Assembly (NCBI GenBank): GCA_963796105.1
Contig: CAWCKJ010000003.1
Location: forward strand, 854,341-918,340
DNA length: 64,000 nt
Origin: a candidate division FCPU426 bacterium
GTDB taxonomy: Bacteria; Oederibacteriota; Muellerivitia; Muellerivitales; Muellerivitaceae
Direction: 5' to 3'
Of this stretch, positions 19,007 through 26,963 are shown piece by piece. The first letter of the stretch is position 1, and each line of letters opens with the position of its first letter. The notes beneath the pieces were generated by a model. It did not search any database and was not told the origin of the DNA. It was given only the letters and a program-made list of their open reading frames with translations. The translations under genes and the position numbers were made by a program.

Positions 19007-19351
19007 ATGGGAAATTTTCAGGAAAAAAGACATCATAAACGGTTTGATTTTCAGAAACCGGTTCATATTAACCAGGTCCTTCCATCCAAATCGGGAAACA
19101 TCTTCGAAGTCCAAGAACATAACATTCCAACCCAAAGCTATAACATGGGTGAAGGCGGATTGAAACTCGAGATATCCTATCCCATCAGTGTTGGTTCCAT
19201 CCTTAAATTGGGTTTCGAACCGGGAAAGGATGAAAAAATCGAAATTTTCGCGAAGGTTATTTGGAGGCAAAAGACCGAATGCGGGGTGAATTTCCTAGCG
19301 CCAGAAACAGTAATCCAAAAGACCCTCCGTAATATTTCCCCGAATCCCTGA
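19007..19351 (+). CDS. Single-domain PilZ protein
   Basis: EKRHHKRF (RxxxR) and NMGEGGL (D/NxSxxG-like, Ser replaced by Gly), AKVIW, GVNF. Confidence 0.8.
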   Translation: MGNFQEKRHHKRFDFQKPVHINQVLPSKSGNIFEVQEHNIPTQSYNMGEGGLKLEISYPISVGSILKLGFEPGKDEKIEIFAKVIWRQKTECGVNFLAPETVIQKTLRNISPNP

Positions 19352-19397
19352 ATAACCAAGCCGAAAGTGAAATGTAAATTCAAATCCGGAGGTAACC

Positions 19398-19661
19398 TTG
19401 TTAACGTTTGAATTCATGTCCAAAAATGATATTAAAACACCAGTGGATTGGTCGTCATGGAACGAAAGAATAATCGCGAGTTTAATGCGGTCCTGGCAGG
19501 CTGATAAAATAAGTCATACTGTTTATATTATCGAAAATGAACGAATGATCCTTGTTTTGCAAACCTTTTGGATGGGATATCAGTGTTCTGAATCGGAATG
19601 GAAAGATTTCGTCTCAAACTTCGGACCCTTAACGACGCGTCAGCAACTCTCCCGTCTTTAA
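19398..19661 (+). CDS. Hypothetical protein (87 aa)
   Basis: GGAGGT RBS before TTG; intact in both repeat copies. Confidence 0.55.
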   Translation: MLTFEFMSKNDIKTPVDWSSWNERIIASLMRSWQADKISHTVYIIENERMILVLQTFWMGYQCSESEWKDFVSNFGPLTTRQQLSRL

Positions 19662-19748
19662 AATTCCGGGAAATACCATGAAATTGTGGCAACTTTAGAC
19701 GAGGAAAGTATTTTTTAAATTGAGGGGCTTTTAAACTCGCGGGAAAGC

Positions 19749-19970
19749 TTATTTATTCTTGGGCAATACCAGGGGCGAAACCTGCTTGGCTCCCCTCTTG
19801 GCTGTCCCGCTGACCTTGCGAACGGGTTTATGCTTTTTAGCATGACCCTTTCCGTGGTCCAGGACCCATTGGGGTTTTTCTTTTATCGCGGGCGCCTGCT
19901 GCGCCCAAACTACTATACCTGCCCCCGCCGCTATGATAAAAATACATGCCGCCAATAATATCTTTTTCAT
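19749..19970 (-). CDS. Small Lys/His-rich secreted protein
   Basis: Signal peptide MKKILLAAC...VWA-QQ, basic tail; AGGGG RBS, start 10 nt after the LRR gene stop. Confidence 0.7.
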   Translation of the reverse strand: MKKILLAACIFIIAAGAGIVVWAQQAPAIKEKPQWVLDHGKGHAKKHKPVRKVSGTAKRGAKQVSPLVLPKNK

Positions 19971-19980
19971 GGTTTCCCCT

Positions 19981-21381
19981 CTAATTAATAGTACAGCCTT
20001 CGGCTGTTAGTTCCGCTTCCTCCGTCGCCACGTTCGCCCCCGTCAAGGGGTTGCCAGTTTTGACCGAAATAGTAGCTGTATTCGTTCCCAACCCCGTGTT
20101 GTTCACGAGTGGCTGTAAATCCTGGATTTGGTTGTAATCGACATCCAGGGTGCTCAATAACATCATCCCCGTAAGGGCCGTGAGGTCAACAATCTGGTTA
20201 TTCTCCAGGTATAGTTGGGTCAGTTGGATCATTCCTGCAAGGGCTGAGATGTCGGTGATCTGGTTGTAGGCGAGAATCAAGTCGGTCATTTGGGTCAACC
20301 CTGCCAGCGGCGAGATATCGCTGACTTGGTTTACAGCGAGGTCCAGGAATTTTAAATTCGTCAATCCCGATAAGGGCGAGATATTTGTTATTTGGTTGCC
20401 GTTAAGGTACAGCATGTTCAATTGCGTCAACCCAGAAAGAGGCGAGATGTCGGTGACCAGGTTGCTCCATAGGTTCAAGTAGGTTAATTGGTTCAATCCG
20501 GCCAGGGGCGTGAGGTCGCTGACCTGGTTGTTCCAGAGAAACAATTGGGTCAAATTCGTCAATCCAGCCAAGACTGAGATGTCACTAACTTGGTTGAAAA
20601 TGAGATCCAAATAGGTCAATTTCGTCATTCCGGCCAAGGGCGTGAGAATGGTGACCTGGTCGTAGCCAAGGTCCAGCGAGGTCAATTGCGTCAACCCGGC
20701 TAAGGGGGTGAGATTGGCGACCTGATTGTCATAAAGGTCCAGTGAGGTCAAACCGGACAGGCCAGAAAGAGGAGTCAAGTCGGTAATGTCATTGTTTTCA
20801 AGTTCCATCAATGTCACCGCAGTGCAATATTCCAGGCCCTCCAGGCTGGTGATGGTGACGGAATCGGCCGTCAAGCTGGTAATGGTGGCCATATCACATT
20901 GAGTAATGATGTCAGAGGTGCTCGAGATGATTCCGTTTTCGATCAATACGGTTTGAATGGCCGCCAAAAGGTTGGGGTCAGGAATAGTGACAGCCGCCGA
21001 AGAGCAGGCGGAAGTGATTGTGGGCGTGGCGGTAAAAGAGGGCGTTGAGGTTGGTGTATACGTTAGGGTGGACGTAGATGTATAGGTGGAAGTTAGGAGA
21101 GCGGAAGTAGGAGTAGGTGACAAAGTCGGCGAATCCGTTAAGGAAGGCGTTGGAGTAAAGGTAGAAGTTAGGAGCGCGGAGGTAGGAGTTGGAGACAAGG
21201 TCGGGGTCCAAGTTGGTGTCGCTGTATGTGTTAGGGTTCCGGGAGAAAGTGTCCAAGTCGGCGAGGGTGTGGGTATAGTACTAGGCCCCGTGTAATATTC
21301 CTTGGTGCAGGCGGCGGGGAAAATCTCCAAGCCAGTCATAAGCAACAGCAGGAAACCCACCGGATAAAGCGATCGACGCAC
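19981..21381 (-). CDS. Lipoprotein with Thr stalk and internalin-type leucine-rich repeats
   Basis: GTG start with GGAGG RBS; lipobox PAAC; IPDPNL cap; ~12 22-aa repeats LTxLxLxxNQVSDLTPLAGL. Confidence 0.88.
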   Translation of the reverse strand: MRRSLYPVGFLLLLMTGLEIFPAACTKEYYTGPSTIPTPSPTWTLSPGTLTHTATPTWTPTLSPTPTSALLTSTFTPTPSLTDSPTLSPTPTSALLTSTYTSTSTLTYTPTSTPSFTATPTITSACSSAAVTIPDPNLLAAIQTVLIENGIISSTSDIITQCDMATITSLTADSVTITSLEGLEYCTAVTLMELENNDITDLTPLSGLSGLTSLDLYDNQVANLTPLAGLTQLTSLDLGYDQVTILTPLAGMTKLTYLDLIFNQVSDISVLAGLTNLTQLFLWNNQVSDLTPLAGLNQLTYLNLWSNLVTDISPLSGLTQLNMLYLNGNQITNISPLSGLTNLKFLDLAVNQVSDISPLAGLTQMTDLILAYNQITDISALAGMIQLTQLYLENNQIVDLTALTGMMLLSTLDVDYNQIQDLQPLVNNTGLGTNTATISVKTGNPLTGANVATEEAELTAEGCTIN

Positions 21382-21477
21382 GCAAACCTCCAAAAAGCTT
21401 TCAAAGCGACAATAGTTTATATCGGGTATGAGAATGTGGCAATGGACGGGGGAAGAATTTTAAACGATTGGAACCGC

Positions 21478-21537
21478 TTATTTATTCTTTGGCAATACCA
21501 GGGGTGAAACCTGCTTGGCTCCCCTCTTGGCCGTTCC
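21478..21537 (-). pseudogene. 3' remnant of a second copy of the 19749..19970 gene
   Basis: Encodes GTAKRGAKQVSPLVLPKNK*; near-identical DNA to 19749-19808. Confidence 0.75.
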
Positions 21538-21725
21538 TTTTGGGAACTTTTCAAAACCGAACATGATAGGCCGTGGAAATCTTTCAAGGCTGCGCTTTAC
21601 CGTTCGGGTTAAAACCTTGTCAAGTGCCCTAATTTCATGGGTGCCGGCGGATTTCAATTGGGGATATTGGTTTCAGGGGTCCCATTTGCTATATTTGTAT
21701 TACATGTATCACAAGGAGATTAACC

Positions 21726-21944
21726 ATGTCTATTTCAGTTTCCCTCAGGCTCCCAGATAAGACCGCGAAGGCTTTGGAGAGCCTGGCCAAGACCCTGGAC
21801 CGCTCTAAATCCTACCTCATCCAAAAAGCGCTCGATACTTGGCTTGCCGAACAAGCCGACCACCAGATCGCATTGGACCGCCTGCGTGATAAGCGGGACT
21901 CAATCCTCTCTTCCCAGGAATTGAGGAAGTGTCTTGGCCGTTAA
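21726..21944 (+). CDS. Ribbon-helix-helix antitoxin
   Basis: SVSLRLP...LESLAKTLDRSKSYLIQKAL; overlaps the downstream toxin. Confidence 0.85.
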   Translation: MSISVSLRLPDKTAKALESLAKTLDRSKSYLIQKALDTWLAEQADHQIALDRLRDKRDSILSSQELRKCLGR

Positions 21945-22185
21945 GGTCGAGTACAAGTCATCCATCCAGAAGGACCTCAAGAAACTCGATCCTCCTACCG
22001 CCCGGCGGGTGCTGGACAGCCTGGAGAAAGCGCTCCAAACACCCCGAAATCCGGGTGAACCCCTTCACGGCGAGTTTGCGGGGCTTTTCAAGCTGAGGGT
22101 TGGGGATTGGAGGGTAGTGTATGTTCCCATACCCGGCGGCTACCTTATTTTAAGGATCGCGCACCGCAAGGAAGTTTATAGGTAA
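21934..22185 (+). CDS. relE: RelE/ParE family toxin
   Basis: KDLKKLD...LFKLRVGDWRVVY...IAHRKEVYR. Confidence 0.9.
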   Translation: MAVKVEYKSSIQKDLKKLDPPTARRVLDSLEKALQTPRNPGEPLHGEFAGLFKLRVGDWRVVYVPIPGGYLILRIAHRKEVYR

Positions 22186-22448
22186 AATCAAAAGTAAAAA
22201 CCCAACCGTTGAAAATGGCAATGAAGAATGGACAATGAAGAATGAAAAATTAAATATTGAGGGAGGTTCTTAAAATAGGAAAATCCCCTAAATAAAAAGG
22301 GCCTTTCAAGTCAGCTTTATCCGATTACTAAATAAAAAACGCTTTTAAAAGCTGTTTTTCAGGAAATATATTTTTCGTTTATCACATATAATTATCCTTA
22401 GTCGATCCATTCATTATTATTAAGACCGATTACAAGGAATTTTCTCGC

Positions 22449-22793
22449 ATGGGAAATTTTCAGGAAAAAAGGCATCATAAACGGTTTGATTTTCAGAAAC
22501 CGGTTCATATTAACCAGGTCCTTCCATCCAAATCGGGAAACATCTTCGAAGTCCAAGAACATAACATTCCAACCCAAAGCTATAACATGGGTGAAGGCGG
22601 ATTGAAACTCGAGATATCCTATCCCATCAGTGTTGGTTCCATCCTTAAATTGGGTTTCGAACCGGGAAAGGATGAAAAAATCGAAATTTTCGCGAAGGTT
22701 ATTTGGAGGCAAAAGACCGAATGCGGGGTGAATTTCCTAGCGCCAGAAACAGTAATCCAAAAGACCCTCCGTAATATTTCCCCGAATCCCTGA
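22449..22793 (+). CDS. Single-domain PilZ protein (duplicate)
   Basis: Protein identical to 19007..19351. Confidence 0.8.
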   Translation: MGNFQEKRHHKRFDFQKPVHINQVLPSKSGNIFEVQEHNIPTQSYNMGEGGLKLEISYPISVGSILKLGFEPGKDEKIEIFAKVIWRQKTECGVNFLAPETVIQKTLRNISPNP

Positions 22794-22839
22794 ATAACCA
22801 AGCCGAAAGTGAAATGTAAATTCAAATCCAGAGGTAACC

Positions 22840-23103
22840 TTGTTAACGTTTGAATTCATGTCCAAAAATGATATTAAAACACCAGTGGATTGGTCGTCAT
22901 GGAACGAAAGAATAATCGCGAGTTTAATGCGGTCCTGGCAGGCTGATAAAATAAGTCATACTGTTTATATTATCGAAAATGAACGAATGATCCTTGTTTT
23001 GCAAACCTTTTGGATGGGATATCAGTGTTCTGAATCGGAATGGAAGGATTTCGTCTCAAACTTCGGACCCTTAACGACGCGTCAGCAACTCTCCCGTCTT
23101 TAA
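22840..23103 (+). CDS. Hypothetical protein (duplicate)
   Basis: Protein identical to 19398..19661. Confidence 0.55.
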   Translation: MLTFEFMSKNDIKTPVDWSSWNERIIASLMRSWQADKISHTVYIIENERMILVLQTFWMGYQCSESEWKDFVSNFGPLTTRQQLSRL

Positions 23104-23230
23104 AATTCCGGGAAATACCATGAAATTGTGGCAACTTTAGATGGGGGAAGGAAACACATAAAAAGCAATTATGAATTCTAAATTTTGAATTTTAAATTGA
23201 CGAAGTTTCTTAAACCGCGAATCAAGTCAT

Positions 23231-23261
23231 AAAAAAAGGGCCCCGCGAACGCGGGGCCCTT
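23231..23261 (-). terminator. Rho-independent terminator
   Basis: GGGCCCCGCG/CGCGGGGCCC hairpin followed by a T run on the minus strand, just past the 23299 stop. Confidence 0.85.
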
Positions 23262-23298
23262 CGTGTTTACAGACAACGCAAACAACCCCCAGCATCAA

Positions 23299-26200
23299 TT
23301 ATTGCCATGAAATCAAGACTTGGCCATCCCCGCCTGCTGACACACCTAAATAACCGGGCCCGCAACCCCCACCGCCGCCACCCGGCGATCCTCCATTAGT
23401 GCCTGCTGTATTCGAACCGCCGCCACCTCCGCCACTTCCACCTCCAAAACCCAACCCTGGATTTCCTCCCGAACCACCTGAACTTAAACTACCAACAATT
23501 CCGGGTGAGCCGTTTGAAGCTCCGGTTCCTCCGGCACCCCCAGCACCCCCCGAGCCGTTAGTTCCAAAAATTCCGTTATACCCTGCCGTAACCATAACAA
23601 GTAATTGGCTCGTGCTAACATTGTATACTGACGAAAAACTTGAATTTATGCAATTGCCGAGGCCTACAGTCACTGCAATGGTATTGCCAGGAAAAACACT
23701 AAATTGATTAATCATATATCCGCCGCCACCTCCGCCACCACCGCCCGAATTACTACTCCCGGAATAGCCTGATCCACCACAACCACCAGGGCCCCATGCT
23801 TGGATTAAAATGGAAGAAACCCCTGCCGGAACGATAAAAGTCCCATTTGAAGTAAAAGTCAGTGAACCGGGCACGATGGTTGGAGTATTGGTGATGGTGG
23901 GGGTTTGGGTTGGCGTTGAAGTCACAGTCGGGGTTGCGGTATTCGTGGGTGTCGCAGTCACGGTCGGGGTCGCGGTCGAAGTCGGGGTCGGCGTAGCGGT
24001 CGGCAAGGCGACCGTAATGGTCACCCCCAACGCGGCGCCGGTTAAGGAAACGGCCCCACCGTATATATCCGTCGCGTTAACCCCGGCCACATATGCCGAA
24101 TAGGTACCGGGCATTACGCTGCTGGAGAAATTATAGACCAGCTGAGAAGTGATAAAGCTTCCAGGGAAAATAACAAGTGGGTCCACGGGGAGCGTCACTG
24201 ATCCAGAAGAAAAGTCCCCACCCGAGACTTCCGTTCCCGTGGGAATAGCCTCCAATATCACCGAAGAAATCCCCGACAAGCTGCCCGTGGTTGTGCCATT
24301 GACGATAAAGCTATTCACTGTCACATTAGAACTGGCACAGTTGTTGGACAACTGAAACTGCAGCACCGTTACACCGGAGGCACCCGGTATTACCGTTATC
24401 GGCGCCGCCCCCCACGGAAAATGGCTGAAACTTACCGGACATGAATTAAGCGTTAAAGAATTCGAAGCGTTACCGGTTGTAGAGACCGACATCCCGTTGG
24501 CTCCCGTTCCACCGAGAGCGGGGATATCAATAGAGACGGTATAGGTGCTTTTAGTGACAATTGTCGAGAAGTTGTAATTCAACATAAAGGTTTGGGCTTC
24601 GGCGGGCCCCAAGGTCGTTAAAAAAGGTGAACCCAGGAACTCGCCTCCCAGCCCGGGGTCACTAGGATAAGTAAAAAGGCCCCCCCCACTGACGTTCTGC
24701 AAACTCGCCGAACTGATACTCCCGGCCGGCGCCGTGTCTGTCCCGCCGAAAAAAATGCTTTGCAAATTGACCATTTCACCGCTGGTGTTGGTGACCGCGA
24801 ACTGCAGGATACCCACGGATTGCCCGGAAATGGCGGAGACCGCCCCCCCCAAGGCAATGATCTTGACGATCGGCTGGGTGGGGGTCCAAGTCGCGGTATT
24901 CGTGAGGGTAACCGTGGGCGTCGGGGTGGCCGTCAATGAAGGAGTGGCAGTCGGCGTGACCGTGGGTGTGTTGGTCACCGTCGCCGTGGGCGCCAGAACC
25001 GTGTGGGTATTACCATTGATTGGGCCGCCTACAATAACGGCAGTAGTGGATGTATTAGCCCCAGCCGCAGAAATACCCCCGGCGCTGATCGTATTGAAGA
25101 AAGTCTCGCCCCCAAGCGCGCTCAGATTAAACACCAATAACAGGGTTTGGGGCGTTCCCGGAACAACTTCTAGGATTCCAGCCGCGTTGGTAAAGGCCAC
25201 AGCGCCGTTTGAGAAGGTCCCGCTGGCCAGTGAACTTCCCCCGCCCGTATAGTAGCCATTCCCTCCCGTGTCGTCCCCGCTTGTACCAGTGTCCTGGTAC
25301 AACTGGACGCTTCCCCCGACCACTTCCCCGCTCGTCATGGTTCCACCAAGCCCGAAAGAAAGCTGGGTCACAGAGACTGGTTCCTGCCCAAACGCCTTCA
25401 ATACCACTTGAATGCCAGTCACATTGGCCTGGTTGAATATATAAGTCTGGGATACTGGCTCGTCATTCCACGAGAGAACCAATCGGGGTTGGGGGGTATT
25501 GGTGACAGTAGGTGTGTTCGACGGGGTGGAAGTGATCGTTGAGGTATAGGTGGAAGTCGGCGTAAAGGTCGCGGTGACGGTAGGCGTATAAGTCAGAGTA
25601 CCGGGAGGAAAAGTGTTTGTGTAAGTCGGGGTTTCTAGGATGGTCACGGGCGTATCGGTGGGCATGGGCGTTTCAGTGGAAGTTACGGTCAAAGTATTTG
25701 TGATTGTATTAGTCATGGTGTTCGTGGGAGTCGCGGTCAAGGTGCCAGGCGGAAATGTGTTTGTGTAAGTCGGGGTTTCCAGAATGGTCACGGGCGTATC
25801 GGTTGGAATAGGCGTAGGTGATAGTGTTGGCGTAGCCGATGGCGTAGGGGTAAGAGTGACCGTGTCGGTCACAGTCTCGGTGACCGTCAAGGTCATCGTA
25901 GGCGTCATCGAATCCGTCGCTGTAAAAGTGAAAGTCAAAGTCCCCGGAGGAAATGTGTTTGTATAAGTCGGCGTTTCCAGAATAGTTACTGGCGTATCCG
26001 TAGGCAAAGGTGTATCCGTGGAAGTGGGGGTTGGAATCAGGGTGTTGGTATTAGTCGGTGTGTTCGTCAGGGTCGATGTTAAAGTACCCGGAGGGAACGT
26101 GAATGTATAGGTCGGTGTCTCTAGGATGGTCACGGGGGTACTGGTCGGCAAGGGTGAATTGGTGGAAGTGGCAGTTGGGATAAGCGTATTGGTACTGGTT

Positions 26201-26388
26201 GATGTGTTAGTCGGAGTGGCAGTCAAGGTGCCAGGTGGAAAAGTGTCCGTATAGGTGGCTGTTTCAAGGATAGTGACAGGCTTCGTGACCGTGACCGGCG
26301 CGGAAGGGCCTGTGGAATTATTCGAGCAAGCCATGGGCAGGATCGCCGCGATAAGGAACATGAAAAGCCAGGTGAATTTTCTCCCCAT
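23299..26388 (-). CDS. Lipoprotein: Thr repeat stalk, Ig-like domains, Gly-rich C-terminal domain
   Basis: Lipobox PMAC; 5 TPVTILETPTYTxTFPPGTLT units; FTSNGTFIVPAGVSS...WGPGGCGG...GGDGQVLISW. Confidence 0.85.
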   Translation of the reverse strand: MGRKFTWLFMFLIAAILPMACSNNSTGPSAPVTVTKPVTILETATYTDTFPPGTLTATPTNTSTSTNTLIPTATSTNSPLPTSTPVTILETPTYTFTFPPGTLTSTLTNTPTNTNTLIPTPTSTDTPLPTDTPVTILETPTYTNTFPPGTLTFTFTATDSMTPTMTLTVTETVTDTVTLTPTPSATPTLSPTPIPTDTPVTILETPTYTNTFPPGTLTATPTNTMTNTITNTLTVTSTETPMPTDTPVTILETPTYTNTFPPGTLTYTPTVTATFTPTSTYTSTITSTPSNTPTVTNTPQPRLVLSWNDEPVSQTYIFNQANVTGIQVVLKAFGQEPVSVTQLSFGLGGTMTSGEVVGGSVQLYQDTGTSGDDTGGNGYYTGGGSSLASGTFSNGAVAFTNAAGILEVVPGTPQTLLLVFNLSALGGETFFNTISAGGISAAGANTSTTAVIVGGPINGNTHTVLAPTATVTNTPTVTPTATPSLTATPTPTVTLTNTATWTPTQPIVKIIALGGAVSAISGQSVGILQFAVTNTSGEMVNLQSIFFGGTDTAPAGSISSASLQNVSGGGLFTYPSDPGLGGEFLGSPFLTTLGPAEAQTFMLNYNFSTIVTKSTYTVSIDIPALGGTGANGMSVSTTGNASNSLTLNSCPVSFSHFPWGAAPITVIPGASGVTVLQFQLSNNCASSNVTVNSFIVNGTTTGSLSGISSVILEAIPTGTEVSGGDFSSGSVTLPVDPLVIFPGSFITSQLVYNFSSSVMPGTYSAYVAGVNATDIYGGAVSLTGAALGVTITVALPTATPTPTSTATPTVTATPTNTATPTVTSTPTQTPTITNTPTIVPGSLTFTSNGTFIVPAGVSSILIQAWGPGGCGGSGYSGSSNSGGGGGGGGGYMINQFSVFPGNTIAVTVGLGNCINSSFSSVYNVSTSQLLVMVTAGYNGIFGTNGSGGAGGAGGTGASNGSPGIVGSLSSGGSGGNPGLGFGGGSGGGGGGSNTAGTNGGSPGGGGGGCGPGYLGVSAGGDGQVLISWQ

Positions 26389-26672
26389 TTAAGCCCATTC
26401 CGGCGAAGAAGATGAACAAAACTGGGGACAGGCTAAAGGTATTAACAATCCTTCTATATGAGGTATGTCATAAGCTTAGATAATTAAGTTACTAGCAGTA
26501 TCATGAAATTGTCTCTAGTTTTATTCGAATGGCGCCTTCACCCAATTGAGAACGCTTCTTTGAGAATAAACAGTTGATGAACCTTTTTTACAAGGAAGTA
26601 ACACGAGGGGGTGCCATAAACCAATTCTGAATTCTAAATTTTAAATTGAGGGAGTTTTTTAAGCCAGACAGC

Positions 26673-26936
26673 TCAACGGACGATGATTTGTCCGGCGGGA
26701 GCCTGGGCGGTTCCCTGCTTTGGCGCTTCCTTGGGCTTAGGGGGCATGTTCGGATGTTTATAATCCGCCTTTTTGACGGCCTTGGTCGGCCCCGAATAGG
26801 GCGGCCTGGTATGAACCCTTTTGTGTTTTGCTGCCAGAGTAGCCTGCGGTGATTTCACCGAGCCTTCTTCCTGGGCCAAACCCAATGACGTTGCCAGGAA
26901 TAACCCCGCCACCGCGATCGTGATTATTTTTTTCAT
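26673..26936 (-). CDS. Small Lys/Pro-rich secreted protein
   Basis: AAGGAG RBS; signal peptide MKKIITIAVAGLFLATSLGLA-QEE. Confidence 0.7.
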   Translation of the reverse strand: MKKIITIAVAGLFLATSLGLAQEEGSVKSPQATLAAKHKRVHTRPPYSGPTKAVKKADYKHPNMPPKPKEAPKQGTAQAPAGQIIVR

Positions 26937-26963
26937 AAAGCTCTCCTTTAGCATATCTTTCAT

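Larger units (their letters stand above)
18783..19699 (+). repeat. 0.92-kb direct repeat, copy A
   Basis: Matches 22225-23141 (offset 3442) with about six substitutions seen by eye. Confidence 0.9.
22225..23141 (+). repeat. 0.92-kb direct repeat, copy B (IS-free left end)
   Basis: See copy A. Confidence 0.9.
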
